Below, piece after piece: positions 54,183 through 64,000 of a stretch of DNA of 64,000 bases. How positions within the stretch are numbered: the first letter of the stretch is position 1; each line of letters starts with the position of its first letter. This DNA comes from an uncultured Gemmatimonadaceae bacterium (GTDB taxonomy: Bacteria; Gemmatimonadota; Gemmatimonadetes; Gemmatimonadales; Gemmatimonadaceae): assembly GCA_963761305.1 (NCBI GenBank), contig CAVXGK010000002.1, positions 1,152,001-1,216,000 of the forward strand, written 5' to 3'. The notes under the pieces are model-generated. The model worked only from the letters and a program-made list of their open reading frames with translations. It was not told where the DNA came from and searched no databases. The position numbers were made by a program, and so were the translations under genes.

Positions 54183-54575
54183 TCACCTGTCCGAGGTTGG
54201 TCGTGCTCGCGCGGCGGCGTAGTCGCGCGCGTCGATTTCGTATCTGTTCCCGTGATAGCCCCGACACATCGATTCCCACACATAGCGAAACGCGAACGTC
54301 CGGTCGGCCTCAAACTGGCCAACGTGCCGGATTTCATGCAAGAGCAATTCTTCCGACGCGCCCGTGGGGCGCGCCAGCCAAATTGTGCGCCAAAGGGTGA
54401 TGGCGGACACCGACGCCTGCCCCAGACACCACCCGCCGACGCGCAGTGGCAGACCGCCGGCGCGCCATCGCGCCGTGGCTAGTTCAGGATAGCGCGCCAG
54501 CAACGCCGGCGGCAGTTCAATGGGTCGGCCGACTAGGGGTTGCGCGACTCTCCGGAGCGCGGCGGCAAGTCCCAT
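54183..54575 (-). CDS. Small HExxH protein (DUF4157-like putative metallopeptidase)
   Basis: GGAG + ATG 54575; AITLWRTI, LLLHEIRHVGQ and YHGNRYEIDA. Confidence 0.75.
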   Translation of the reverse strand: MGLAAALRRVAQPLVGRPIELPPALLARYPELATARWRAGGLPLRVGGWCLGQASVSAITLWRTIWLARPTGASEELLLHEIRHVGQFEADRTFAFRYVWESMCRGYHGNRYEIDARDYAAARARPTSDR

Positions 54576-56776
54576 GTGTCTCCGGCGGCGTCGATGGTGA
54601 GGCGGTGCCCGTCCGTCCGCGCGACGATCGTCCCCACCTGATCGGTGCGCAAGACCTGCGCCCCATGCGCCGCGAGACGCGTCATGATGGCCGGCGTGGG
54701 CAGGTGATACGAGTTGCCTGCGCCGACCGACACGAGCGCGAGGCGCGGCGACACCGCGTCGAGAAACCGCTCGCTGCTGCTCGTCTTGCTGCCGTGATGG
54801 CCGACCTTGAGCACGTCCGCGTGGAGCTCGTCGCGCTCGTTCGCCAACAACCACTCCTCCTCCGGCTCCTCGGCGTCGCCCATCATCAGCATGCGAATCT
54901 CGCCGTAGCGCACGAGCACGATGACGCTCGCCAGATTGGGATCGACGAGCGACGCGGTCCACGACGAATCCGGCGCCAGGAACTCGAGCGACACGCCGTC
55001 GATCGCCATCTCGTCGTTGGGATGCGCGCGAACCCAGCGCACGTGGTCGCGCTTCGCGGCGTCGAGTGACGCGCGGTACGCCTCGGCCGGCCCGGGAAAT
55101 CCGGCGTCGACATAGGTCGCCGGGTGCAACGCGTCGAGCACGGCCGCCGCGCCGCCGACATGATCCGTGTGCGGGTGCGACAAGACGAACAGGTCGAGCG
55201 GGCCACCGCGTCGCCCGATGTACGGCACCACAGTCTGATGACCGGCGTCGCCGCCCCGCCACGCGCGTCCCGCATCGACGAGAATCCAGTGCCCGTGCGG
55301 CGTGCGCAGGGCGATCGCGTCGCCCTGCCCGACGTCGATCATGTGCAGCTCGAGCTCGCCATCGCTGGCCGCGGCGACGTGCGACGCGGTGACCGGCAGC
55401 CAGACGAGCATCACCGCCGCCGCGCCGGCGAGCGTCGCCGGGCCACGCCAATCCCGCGACGCACAGGCGACGATGAACGCCGCCGACAGCACCGCCGCGA
55501 TCGCGGCGCAGGCGGGCGTGGGTGAGACGAGAAGAGAAGCGCCCGGCGTCGCCGCTGCGACGGTCGCCACGTGGTCCAGGGTCCCGAGGAGTGGATGGGC
55601 CGCGTCGGCGAGGATCGACGCCAGCGGGTGAATCGGCGCCAGCAGCATGCCGGCGAAGAGCATCGGTTGCGCGAGCTCGATGAGCGGAGTCGCGAGCAGA
55701 TTCGTGATGGGCGCGGCAAGACTGATGCGCCCGAACACCCACGCCACGATCGGCGCCGATCCGACCGTCGCCACGGTGGTGCCCACCAGAATCAGCGCCG
55801 GCGCGCGCGTGAGCGTGGGCAGACGGTGCACGCCGATGCGCTTCGCCAATCGCGCCGCGGCAATCATCGACGTCACGCCGACCACGCTCAGTTGATAGCC
55901 GGCGTCGAGTACGGCGCGCGGATCGACCAGCGGCTGCACCGCGCCGAGCGCGACGATCGCCCAGCGCGACGTCGGACGCTGCGCGAGACGGCTGGTGAGA
56001 AACGCGGAGAGCATCACCGCCGATCGCACGGCGGGAATCGGCGCGCCGATGATCGCGACGTAGAGAACGATGGCGGCGATGGTGATGACGTTGGCGCGCG
56101 CGCGCGGCACGCCGGCGAGTTGCAGGACGATCTCGATCGCCAGCGCGATGATCCCCACGTGCAGTCCGGCGATGGCCAGAATGTGCGCCAGCCCAGCGGC
56201 GGCGAATCGGTCCCGCACTTCGGGCGGCAGCTCGCTGCGATCGGCGATGAGCAGCGCGCGCACGAGCGGCGCGTCGCCGCCAAAGGTGCGATCGATCGCC
56301 CGTCCCGCCGCCTGCCGCCACCGCACGAGAAGCGGCGGCCCACTCGTCACCTTTATGCTCGCGTGATCGACGAGCAACCCGCGCTGCGTTCGCGTGACGT
56401 CTCCGAGAGCCATGACCCTCGCGCCCGCCGGCGCGTCCCCGCTGTCGACGGTGAGCCACGCCCGGCCGCAGCCGATCGCCTCGCCAGACACGTAGCCGCC
56501 CGGGCCGACGCTGTCGTCGACGACGATCGTGAGCGTCGCTCGACGCGGGCGCGTCGTCCCGCACGACGCCGACGCGGCGGTCGTCGCGCGTGCGATACCG
56601 AATCCCGCCGCGACGAGCACGGCGAAGGTCGTCGCGATGACGGGGCCGCGCCGCCAGCCAACGGCCGCCGCAACCGCGACGACGCCGAGCGCCGCGATCA
56701 GCGAGCCTGATGGACCGGCGAAGCCGGTGAGCAATCCGGCGAGATAGCAGCCGAGTGAGAGGACGACGAGCGGCAT
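54533..56776 (-). CDS. comEC: Competence protein ComEC/Rec2
   Basis: GLAHILAIAGLH; metallo-beta-lactamase domain DVGQGD, SHPHTDH and KVGHHGS. Confidence 0.95.
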   Translation of the reverse strand: MPLVVLSLGCYLAGLLTGFAGPSGSLIAALGVVAVAAAVGWRRGPVIATTFAVLVAAGFGIARATTAASASCGTTRPRRATLTIVVDDSVGPGGYVSGEAIGCGRAWLTVDSGDAPAGARVMALGDVTRTQRGLLVDHASIKVTSGPPLLVRWRQAAGRAIDRTFGGDAPLVRALLIADRSELPPEVRDRFAAAGLAHILAIAGLHVGIIALAIEIVLQLAGVPRARANVITIAAIVLYVAIIGAPIPAVRSAVMLSAFLTSRLAQRPTSRWAIVALGAVQPLVDPRAVLDAGYQLSVVGVTSMIAAARLAKRIGVHRLPTLTRAPALILVGTTVATVGSAPIVAWVFGRISLAAPITNLLATPLIELAQPMLFAGMLLAPIHPLASILADAAHPLLGTLDHVATVAAATPGASLLVSPTPACAAIAAVLSAAFIVACASRDWRGPATLAGAAAVMLVWLPVTASHVAAASDGELELHMIDVGQGDAIALRTPHGHWILVDAGRAWRGGDAGHQTVVPYIGRRGGPLDLFVLSHPHTDHVGGAAAVLDALHPATYVDAGFPGPAEAYRASLDAAKRDHVRWVRAHPNDEMAIDGVSLEFLAPDSSWTASLVDPNLASVIVLVRYGEIRMLMMGDAEEPEEEWLLANERDELHADVLKVGHHGSKTSSSERFLDAVSPRLALVSVGAGNSYHLPTPAIMTRLAAHGAQVLRTDQVGTIVARTDGHRLTIDAAGDTWDLPPRSGESRNP

Positions 56777-56851
56777 GACCCGCCCAATGTCGCGCCGGTG
56801 CCGGCAGTCACTCTCACCTATTCATTGCGCGCCGCGCAAATCAACGCGGGG

Positions 56852-58192
56852 TCAGACGGCCAGCGGCAACGGCCTCCGCTCCGCGACGATCTGCCCCGTG
56901 AACGTGGAGCCGGTCGTCCCGGTGAGCTCGACGGTCGCGTACGTCCCCAGCATGCTGGCGTCGCCGGGGATCATCACCGTCTTGAAGTCGCGCGTGCGCG
57001 ACATCAACAGCTCGCCGCCGCGCCGAGCTTCGCGCTCGATCAACACTTCGTGGCGCTTGCCGAGCTGGTTCATGTTCGTGGCGCGCGAGATGCCGCGAAT
57101 CGTCTCGACGAGCCGCGCCAACCGCTCGCTCGCCACCTCGTCGCTCACCGTCAGCTCGGCGGGCATCCGCGTCGCGGGCGTTCCATCGCGCGGCGAGAAC
57201 TTGAACGTGAACCCGTCGGCGAAGACGACGTCACGCACGACGTCGAGCGTCTCCTCGAAATCCTCGTCGGTCTCGCCCGGAAAGCCGACGATCACGTCGG
57301 TCGTCAACGTCAGTCCCGGAATCGCCGCACGCAGTTTGGCGACGCACTCGAGGTAGCCCTCGCGCGAATAGCGCCGCAGCATGCGCTTGAGCACGCGGGT
57401 CGACCCCGACTGCATCGGCAGATGCACGTGCTCGCACACCGTGTCGACCTCGGCGACCGCCTCGATCACGCGATCGGAGAAGTCGTTCGGGTGTGGGCTG
57501 GTGAAGCGAACCCGGCGGATGCCGTCGACTTGGCCGACGGCACGCAATAGATCGGCGAAATCGAACTCGCCGTCGTGATACGAATTCACCGTCTGGCCGA
57601 GCAGCACGACTTCGGACATTCCCTCGGCGACGACTGCTTCGACCTCTCGCACGACGTCGGCGAGCCGGCGGCTCCGCTCGGCGCCGCGCGTCGTCGGCAC
57701 GATGCAGTACGTGCAGCGGTAATCGCAGCCGCGCTGCACGGGAATCCACGCCTTCACCTTGTCGAAGCGACGCGGCTGGAAGTCCTCGTAGTGCTCCTCG
57801 AGGTCGAACGTGGTGGCGATCGTGCGCTCACCCGCGCGCGCGCGGTCGATCAATTCCGGCAGCGCGCGATAGCCGTCGGGGCCGATGACGATGCTGACGT
57901 GCTTGGCTTTCGTGAGCAGCTGCGGCCCGAGTCGTTGCGCCATGCAGCCCGTGACCCCCACGACCGACCCCGGCTTCATGTTCCGCTTCAACTCGCCGAG
58001 CCGCCCGATCACCCGCTGCTCGGCGTGGTCTCGAATCGCGCACGTGTTGACGAGAATCACGTCCGCGCCGTCGGGCTGATCCACCGCCTCGTAACCGTGC
58101 GCCGCGAGCTTGCCGAGCATCAGCTCGGAATCGCTCACGTTCATCTGGCAACCGTACGTCTCGACGTAGACGGTGGGGCGCGGGTCAGTCAT
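56852..58192 (-). CDS. miaB: tRNA i6A37 methylthiotransferase
   Basis: ETYGCQMNVSDSE, CDYRCTYC, RFTSPHP and a TRAM domain. Confidence 0.95.
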   Translation of the reverse strand: MTDPRPTVYVETYGCQMNVSDSELMLGKLAAHGYEAVDQPDGADVILVNTCAIRDHAEQRVIGRLGELKRNMKPGSVVGVTGCMAQRLGPQLLTKAKHVSIVIGPDGYRALPELIDRARAGERTIATTFDLEEHYEDFQPRRFDKVKAWIPVQRGCDYRCTYCIVPTTRGAERSRRLADVVREVEAVVAEGMSEVVLLGQTVNSYHDGEFDFADLLRAVGQVDGIRRVRFTSPHPNDFSDRVIEAVAEVDTVCEHVHLPMQSGSTRVLKRMLRRYSREGYLECVAKLRAAIPGLTLTTDVIVGFPGETDEDFEETLDVVRDVVFADGFTFKFSPRDGTPATRMPAELTVSDEVASERLARLVETIRGISRATNMNQLGKRHEVLIEREARRGGELLMSRTRDFKTVMIPGDASMLGTYATVELTGTTGSTFTGQIVAERRPLPLAV

Positions 58193-59477
58193 GGCCGGTG
58201 GAAGTTACGGCGCCGGCAGCTCGCGCGCTCGTCTCGGACGCCGCGTGCAGTATCCCACCACTGGCAATCAGCCGGGCGGAGAACCGATGTCCTCGGGGCA
58301 ATGAGGAATCCGGAATTCGCACGTCGAGATAGTCGCCGGTCATTCCACCGCGGTCGGCGCCGCTGCCGATGACGATGATGTCAGCCAGTCCGCCCAAACG
58401 CGCCGACACGTAGGCCGCCGCCTTTCTCCGGCCGGCGTCACGCAACTCCGCGGCGCGCCCGGCAATCGCCGACTGCTGCACGGTCGCGCCGAGCCGCTCG
58501 GCCGCGGTGCCGGGACGCGGCGAATACGGGAACACGTGCAGATACGTGAACGGCAGATCCTCGACTAGGCGCAGCGTCGCGGCGTGATCGTCATCCGTCT
58601 CGCCCGGGAATCCGGCGATGACGTCGGCGCCGAGGCCGAGGATCGGCATCCGGTCTGCGAGTCGCTCGACCGCCGCCCCGTAGGTCGCGCGCGTGTACCA
58701 GTGACGGCCCATGCGTCGCAATACACGATCGGATCCGGACTGCAGCGGCGCGTGCACGTGGGGCGCGAGACGATGCGGGGCGGCGGCGAGCAATTCGACC
58801 AGCCGCTCGTCCAGCTCCGTCGCTTCGATCGACGAGAGTCGAAACCGCACGACCGGCACGTCGCCGACGAGCCGCTCCATCAATTCGCCGAGCGAATGTC
58901 CGATGTCCGCGCCGTACGTGCCGATGTGAATCCCGGTGATCACGATCTCCGGATGCCGCTCGGCGAGCAGCGACGCTTCATGCACCAACTCATCGATCGG
59001 CCGGCCCCGATTCGCACCGCGGGCGAGCGTCGTCGCGCAGAAGGTGCAGTGCTCGTCGCACCCGTCCTGGATGCGCAGCAGCGCGCGCGTTCCGGATTGG
59101 GTCGACGTACGAGCCTCGAGCGGACGATGCGCGATGCCCAGCGCTCGCGCGACACCGTCGAGGTCAGCGCCCGCGATCACACCGTCGACGCTCGGTAGCG
59201 ACGCGATGCGCAACGCCGCCGGCCGCGCGTCGTCGAGCGCCGCGGCGCAGCCCATCACGATGCTGCGCAGCCCCGTCCGTTCGCGGGCGCTCTTGCGCAC
59301 GGCCTTTCGCAACTCGGCCTCGGCCTCGGACGTCACCGCGCAGCTGTTGAACACCGCGGCGTCGGCGTCGGCGGCGCGGGCGACGACGGCGTGGCCGTTC
59401 GCCTCGACCATCGCCCGAACCGCTTCGCTGTCGTAGTGGTTCGCGCGGCACCCGAAGGTGCGCAGGTAGACCTTCAC
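58185..59477 (-). CDS. mtaB: MtaB-like tRNA methylthiotransferase
   Basis: TFGCRANHYDS, NSCAVT, CDEHCTFC and HVFPYSPRPGT. Confidence 0.85.
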   Translation of the reverse strand: MKVYLRTFGCRANHYDSEAVRAMVEANGHAVVARAADADAAVFNSCAVTSEAEAELRKAVRKSARERTGLRSIVMGCAAALDDARPAALRIASLPSVDGVIAGADLDGVARALGIAHRPLEARTSTQSGTRALLRIQDGCDEHCTFCATTLARGANRGRPIDELVHEASLLAERHPEIVITGIHIGTYGADIGHSLGELMERLVGDVPVVRFRLSSIEATELDERLVELLAAAPHRLAPHVHAPLQSGSDRVLRRMGRHWYTRATYGAAVERLADRMPILGLGADVIAGFPGETDDDHAATLRLVEDLPFTYLHVFPYSPRPGTAAERLGATVQQSAIAGRAAELRDAGRRKAAAYVSARLGGLADIIVIGSGADRGGMTGDYLDVRIPDSSLPRGHRFSARLIASGGILHAASETSARAAGAVTSTGHD

Positions 59478-60676
59478 ACCGGCACCGCTCCGGCCATCGT
59501 CACACGCACTTCGCTGTGCACGGGCTTGGCGGGCAGAGTGAAGTGGAACGCGCTGCCCTGCCCTTCGCCGGCACTCTGCACCCAGATCTTTCCGCCGTGC
59601 GCGTCGACGACGAGCTTGCAGAACGCGAGCCCGAGTCCCGAGCTGCGCGTGCTGGGCACGTTCTGATTCTTCACCCGTTCGAATTTGCGGAAGATGACTT
59701 CGTGATACTCGGACGGGATGCCGGGGCCGTTGTCGGCGACGGTGAACAGAATTCCCTCGCCGTCGCGCCGCGCCGCCAAATGGAGCTTGATCGCGTTGGC
59801 CGAATGCGTGAGCGCGTTCTGGACGAGATTGCCGAGCACGCGCTTGAGCAGCCCCTTGTCGGCTTCGAAGACCGGCGCGTCGTCGCTCGCGTCGATCACT
59901 GCCGTCGCGCCTTCCTGCTGGAAGCGGATCGTCCACTCGTGGGCGACTTCGTTGAGCAACGCGGCGGGGGCGATCGGCTGCAGGTCGAGCGACATGGTCG
60001 CTTCCTCGATGCGCGACACCTCGAGCAGGTCGCCGATCAGCGCCAGCAGATCCTCGGCCTTGCCTTCGGCGTCGGCGAGCATCTTGCGCTGCTCGTCGCG
60101 CAGCGAGCCGAAGTCGCCGTCGATCATCATCTCGAGCGTGGCCAGCACCGACGTGAGCGGCGTCTTGAGGTCGTGGACGATCATCTTCATCAGATCGTCG
60201 CGCATCTTCTCGACCTCGCGCAGCTTGCGCAGCGTGTCCTCGAGCGAGTCGGTAGCCGCCTTGAGCTTGAGCAGGCTGCGCACGCGCGCGCCGAGCACGA
60301 GGCGGTTGTGCGGCTTGGTGAGGAAATCGTCGCCGCCCGCCTCGATCGCCTTGATCCGGTCGGTCGTGTCGTTGAGCGCCGTGACGAAGATGACGGGAAT
60401 GCTCTTCGTGCGCGGGTCGCGCTTGATGCGACGGCACACCTCGAACCCGGTGGAACGATCGTCGACGCCGAGGTCGCCCGCCGGCATCGAGACGTCGAGA
60501 ATGCACAGATCCGGACGTCGCTCGAAGCACATGGCTAGCGCCGACGGGCCGTCGGCCGCGGCGATCGCACGAAACCCCAACACGTGGAGTTGATCGAACA
60601 ACAACTCCACGTTCGCCGGCACGTCGTCGGCGACGAGAATCAGCGGGGCGTTTGCGGGCGGGCTGGTGTTCTCCAC
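59474..60676 (-). CDS. Cytoplasmic hybrid response regulator / histidine kinase
   Basis: Receiver domain ILVADD...LDVSMP; HisKA HDLKTPL; ATPase DNGPGI and GLGL. Confidence 0.93.
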   Translation of the reverse strand: MENTSPPANAPLILVADDVPANVELLFDQLHVLGFRAIAAADGPSALAMCFERRPDLCILDVSMPAGDLGVDDRSTGFEVCRRIKRDPRTKSIPVIFVTALNDTTDRIKAIEAGGDDFLTKPHNRLVLGARVRSLLKLKAATDSLEDTLRKLREVEKMRDDLMKMIVHDLKTPLTSVLATLEMMIDGDFGSLRDEQRKMLADAEGKAEDLLALIGDLLEVSRIEEATMSLDLQPIAPAALLNEVAHEWTIRFQQEGATAVIDASDDAPVFEADKGLLKRVLGNLVQNALTHSANAIKLHLAARRDGEGILFTVADNGPGIPSEYHEVIFRKFERVKNQNVPSTRSSGLGLAFCKLVVDAHGGKIWVQSAGEGQGSAFHFTLPAKPVHSEVRVTMAGAVPV

Positions 60677-60686
60677 GATGCGATGG

Positions 60687-61844
60687 TCATGGACGGACGC
60701 TGAGGCCTAGGCTGATCGTCCACGCGCTCTCCGTTGCGTTCAGGTCGGCGCTCCGGCGCGAGTAGACCACGGCAAGATCGCTCAACATGCGGCCGTTCGC
60801 GAACAGCGTCCCGATTCCGGTGTTGATGCTCTTTTCCGTGACCGTGTTCGCGCTGGCCGTGAAGGGGAGCGTGCGGTCGCGCAGCCCGGCGCGGAAGAAC
60901 AGCGGCCGCGACGCCAGCGTCGGCCCGGCCACGTCCGCGCCGATACTCGTGTCCCAGCCGTCGACGCCCCGCAAGTTCGGGCTGCCGAGGCCACCGAGGG
61001 CGGCCCAATCGTCGTGCGACGTCCGCACCGAAATATAGGAGTTCGCGATGCCGGTGTAGGTGACGGAACCGCCGAACCGATTCGGCACGCGCGCGTGCGT
61101 CAGCGTGGTGTCGCCGGACGACATCGTCAGCATCCCACCCTGCCGCGCCGAGACGGCGAACGTCACGTCCTTGGCGAGGAACTGCGCGCCGACGGAAGCC
61201 GCCGTGCCGCTGAAGCTCAGAATGCGCTGCTCCTGCGACACCGCGAACGCCACCGTGTCGTTGAACGACTGCTGCACGGTCACGAGGTTGTGCCCCGCGA
61301 TGCCGTGCAGTCCGACGCCGAACTTGAACCAGGTCGTCGGCGACCAACCTACGGCCAGGCGCACGTCGTTCATTGCCCCCTGGATGTTGAACTTCGTCGT
61401 CATCAGCACCGAATCGATCGGCGTGAGGACCTGCGGCGCCGTGAACACGGTCGTCGAGGTGCGATCGAGCAGCGTCGACGACCCGAGGCTCATGACCGCG
61501 CCGCCGAAGATGGGAATCGCGCCGAAGACGTTCGGGTAGCGGTCGGTCCGCGTGTGGTCATCGCCGCTCGGCGAGCTGATCGTGCGAAATTCGGGTTCGG
61601 CCTGGAAATACACGATGCGCGACGTGAGCAGCGAGACGCTCGCCGGATTGATCGGCGAGAGCGGATCGATCTCGCCGAGGGAGCCTCCCGTGCCGAGCGC
61701 GCGGCTGCTCAACTGTCCGGTGGGAAAGCCGAATCCCTGGAGACTGAGGCTCGCCTGCGCCGCCGCACGCGTCGCGAGACCACCGGTGGCCACCAGCGTG
61801 GCGATTGCCACGCGTGTCAGGGCGCTCGAGGGATGTCGTCTCAT
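60687..61844 (-). CDS. Hypothetical exported protein, probable outer-membrane beta-barrel
   Basis: Signal peptide ending AAA-Q; RALGTGG...NPAS N-terminal motif; terminal strand WTISLGLSVRP. Confidence 0.75.
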   Translation of the reverse strand: MRRHPSSALTRVAIATLVATGGLATRAAAQASLSLQGFGFPTGQLSSRALGTGGSLGEIDPLSPINPASVSLLTSRIVYFQAEPEFRTISSPSGDDHTRTDRYPNVFGAIPIFGGAVMSLGSSTLLDRTSTTVFTAPQVLTPIDSVLMTTKFNIQGAMNDVRLAVGWSPTTWFKFGVGLHGIAGHNLVTVQQSFNDTVAFAVSQEQRILSFSGTAASVGAQFLAKDVTFAVSARQGGMLTMSSGDTTLTHARVPNRFGGSVTYTGIANSYISVRTSHDDWAALGGLGSPNLRGVDGWDTSIGADVAGPTLASRPLFFRAGLRDRTLPFTASANTVTEKSINTGIGTLFANGRMLSDLAVVYSRRSADLNATESAWTISLGLSVRP

Positions 61845-63133
61845 CACGGTAATCCGAAGTTGCTCGCGGGTACGTAGGTGATGCGGAGCCGCGGTCGCAA
61901 CCCCACGGGAGCGCGGGTCGAATAGAAATCGATCTGAGCCGGTCGCTGCGCCTCGACCCCGCTGAGCAGCGCGATGGCGCGTTGTGCCGACGTGGCCGGT
62001 TGCTGCTTCCACAGACGAGTGAGGCCGACGATCTCGAACGATCTCACGCCGCTGTCGCTCGGCACCAGCGAGAGCGAATCGAGACCGAACTCTCCCGCGT
62101 TGCCGACGAACTGCAGCAGCGACGAGATGTCGGTGACTGTCGGGCTCGAGAGGATGGCGACGGGAAATACTTTCACTGAATCCTTCGTGTCCACGAAGCG
62201 ATTAGGGGCTTGCGTCAGCAGCAGCGACGCACGCACGATCGTCGTCGAGTCGATGATGTGCGCCGGGATGTTGAACCGCAGGAACGTCCGCCGCGAGGGT
62301 GGACCGCCCACGCTGAGCAACGTCGGATTCCCCGGCACCGCGCCTTTGACGAGAATACTGAAGTCCGCCAGCGGACCCGAGAGAAAAAGTTGATTCGTCG
62401 GCGTCGTGGAGATCGGCGTCACGACCACGGGCGTGGCGGCCGTGTCCTTCGATGCCTTGATGCGCAGCGCGACACCCAAGCCACCCGTCGACGATCCGAC
62501 CCGAATGTCGAAACCGGGCCGCGCCACCAATCGCAGTCCCACGCGGAGCTTCGTGCCGTTCTTGATGCGGTCGAGAACGGTGTCCGTCGAGATTGGAATG
62601 AACAGCGTGTCGGTGAGCGACTCAGGCGCGAACGTCTTGCTGCCGAGGAAGCGATCCGGGCGGAAGAGCGCGCCGAGGATCGAGGCGACCGTATCGGTCG
62701 CCGCGGTGTCCACGTCGTACGCTTCGATCGTCACCGGCGTCGACGGCCGCCGCAGCGTGTCGTCCGGCGCGAGCGGCACCACGAGTTCGGCGCTGTCCAC
62801 CTCGGTGATCGTGCTATCCGTCGAGCTGGCGCCGGTGAACGTGCTCGTGATCGTGTCGTAGCGGATGATCGCGCGGCTGTCGAGCGTGTCACCGTGCGAC
62901 GACAACATCAAGAACCCTTCGTTGCCGATCGAGGGAATGCCGAGGACGGTCGTGTCGCCGAATACAGGGTCCAGCATCGTGTCCTTGAGCGAGACCACCT
63001 GCTCCGGACACAGCATCGGGCACGACCTGCCGGCGCTGAGGTTGTCGCTGCACGCGACAGCAATCGTCAACGTCGACGCGACGATACCGAGTAGGACCGC
63101 GCGCTTATTCTGAAAAAGCAACTTTCCGGTCAT
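61844..63133 (-). CDS. Hypothetical lipoprotein
   Basis: Lipobox AVAC; C-terminal RPRLRITY. Confidence 0.78.
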   Translation of the reverse strand: MTGKLLFQNKRAVLLGIVASTLTIAVACSDNLSAGRSCPMLCPEQVVSLKDTMLDPVFGDTTVLGIPSIGNEGFLMLSSHGDTLDSRAIIRYDTITSTFTGASSTDSTITEVDSAELVVPLAPDDTLRRPSTPVTIEAYDVDTAATDTVASILGALFRPDRFLGSKTFAPESLTDTLFIPISTDTVLDRIKNGTKLRVGLRLVARPGFDIRVGSSTGGLGVALRIKASKDTAATPVVVTPISTTPTNQLFLSGPLADFSILVKGAVPGNPTLLSVGGPPSRRTFLRFNIPAHIIDSTTIVRASLLLTQAPNRFVDTKDSVKVFPVAILSSPTVTDISSLLQFVGNAGEFGLDSLSLVPSDSGVRSFEIVGLTRLWKQQPATSAQRAIALLSGVEAQRPAQIDFYSTRAPVGLRPRLRITYVPASNFGLP

Positions 63134-63573
63134 CGCCGGTGGAGGGAATTCGTGGTGAAGGCTTTCGGGAGAAGCTCGTCGAGCGTCCAGCGGGCCTCGC
63201 GGCCGTCACGGGTCATCGATACGACGAGCAGGTGGGGGGAGAACTCCTCCAGCACCTGGCGGCACATGCCGCACGGGGGAGTCGGATCTTCGGCTTCCGT
63301 CGCGATCACGACCGCCTCGAACCGCTGATTGCCACGCGCCACGGCCGCGGCCACCGCGCTGCGTTCCGCGCAGATGCCGGCCGGATATGACGCGTTTTCG
63401 ACGTTGCACCCTTCGGCGACGCTGCCGTCGCTAGACAGTAGCGCGACGCCGACGCGAAAACTCGAATAGGGCGCGTAGGCCCGCTCCATCGCCGCGAAGG
63501 CACGCTCGCGGAGCATGGTCAGGGTGCGTTCGTCGCCGGTCGGTTCGACGCCCGGCCGTTGCTCAACCGCCAT
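63130..63573 (-). CDS. cdd: Cytidine deaminase
   Basis: AYAPYSSFRVG, GCNVENASY, CAER and PCGMCRQ. Confidence 0.95.
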   Translation of the reverse strand: MAVEQRPGVEPTGDERTLTMLRERAFAAMERAYAPYSSFRVGVALLSSDGSVAEGCNVENASYPAGICAERSAVAAAVARGNQRFEAVVIATEAEDPTPPCGMCRQVLEEFSPHLLVVSMTRDGREARWTLDELLPKAFTTNSLHRR

Positions 63574-63574
63574 G

Positions 63575-64000
63575 TTAACGGACGATCGCCTGCGCGAGGA
63601 ACGACGTTCCGCGACCGCGAAACGCGATACCGAACCACTCGGCGATGGTCGCGCCGAGGTCCGAGAAAGTTGTTCGGGTGCCGAGATCGACGGGCCGGAC
63701 TCGCGGTCCGAGGACCAGCAGCGGCACATACTCACGCGCGTGGTCGGTCGACGCGGTCGTCGGATCGTTTCCGTGGTCGGCAGTAATGAAGAGCAGATCG
63801 TCCCCTTTAAGCGAGGCCAACAATGTCGGGAGCGCCGCGTCGAATTCGCACAGCGCCCCGTAAAACCCCGCAGTGTCGTTTCGGTGCCCGAAAGCTTGAT
63901 CGAAATCTACCAAGTTCGCGAAAAGTAACCCGCGCGCACCTGACCCCCCGTTCGGCTCGTCCCCTTTTCCCTTATTCGACCCTGCTTCTACCCCTCCCCC
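63575..64000 (-). CDS. deoB: Phosphopentomutase, C-terminal part; 5' end outside the window
   Basis: GLLFANLVDFD, GHRND, ITADHGNDPT and TDHAREYVP; the last ~70 nt look unreliable. Confidence 0.9.
   Translation of the reverse strand, partial: GGGVEAGSNKGKGDEPNGGSGARGLLFANLVDFDQAFGHRNDTAGFYGALCEFDAALPTLLASLKGDDLLFITADHGNDPTTASTDHAREYVPLLVLGPRVRPVDLGTRTTFSDLGATIAEWFGIAFRGRGTSFLAQAIVR

Noticed and set aside
63930..64000. Unusual purine-rich segment in deoB (GGGVEAGSNKGKGDEPNGG)
   Set aside because: It does not resemble phosphopentomutase sequence and consists of homopolymer runs at the window end, so it is probably low-quality terminal sequence.

Overview
High-GC bacterial chromosome segment. 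The paralogous Ser/Thr kinases and the gene order suggest Gemmatimonadota (inference). About 1-15.4 kb is an accessory zone just downstream of the 3' end of tRNA-Ser(CGA). It holds small lipoprotein genes and their decayed remnants, an intact IS3-family element (2499-3800), a cupin, an RCC1-repeat lipoprotein, two large Ser/Thr kinases and a kinase fragment. About 15.5-64 kb is mostly core genome on the minus strand: tadA, clpB, selB, recO, a Btu/Fec-type ABC importer, metK, a complete mannose-type PTS with HprK, nusB and rib genes, purM, argS, methylmalonyl-CoA mutase, fbp, comEC, miaB, mtaB, a hybrid kinase, cdd and partial deoB. The top finding is an SRPBCC/START-fold gene (8194-8652) that the ORF track truncates at an in-frame TGA (8518-8520). 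The frame continues for 43 codons and supplies the fold's missing C-terminal helix. A SECIS-like hairpin starts exactly 11 nt after the TGA, and selB lies in the same window, so this is a candidate selenoprotein from a family I do not know as a selenoprotein family. Other observations: a duplicated kinase promoter/leader that can pair with downstream sequence over the start codon, dispersed 7- and 8-mer tandem repeats, a REP-like palindrome, a sigma54-like clpB promoter, and four clustered single-base indels (41.2-42.6 kb) that are probably sequencing errors. All calls were made by eye and no searches were run.
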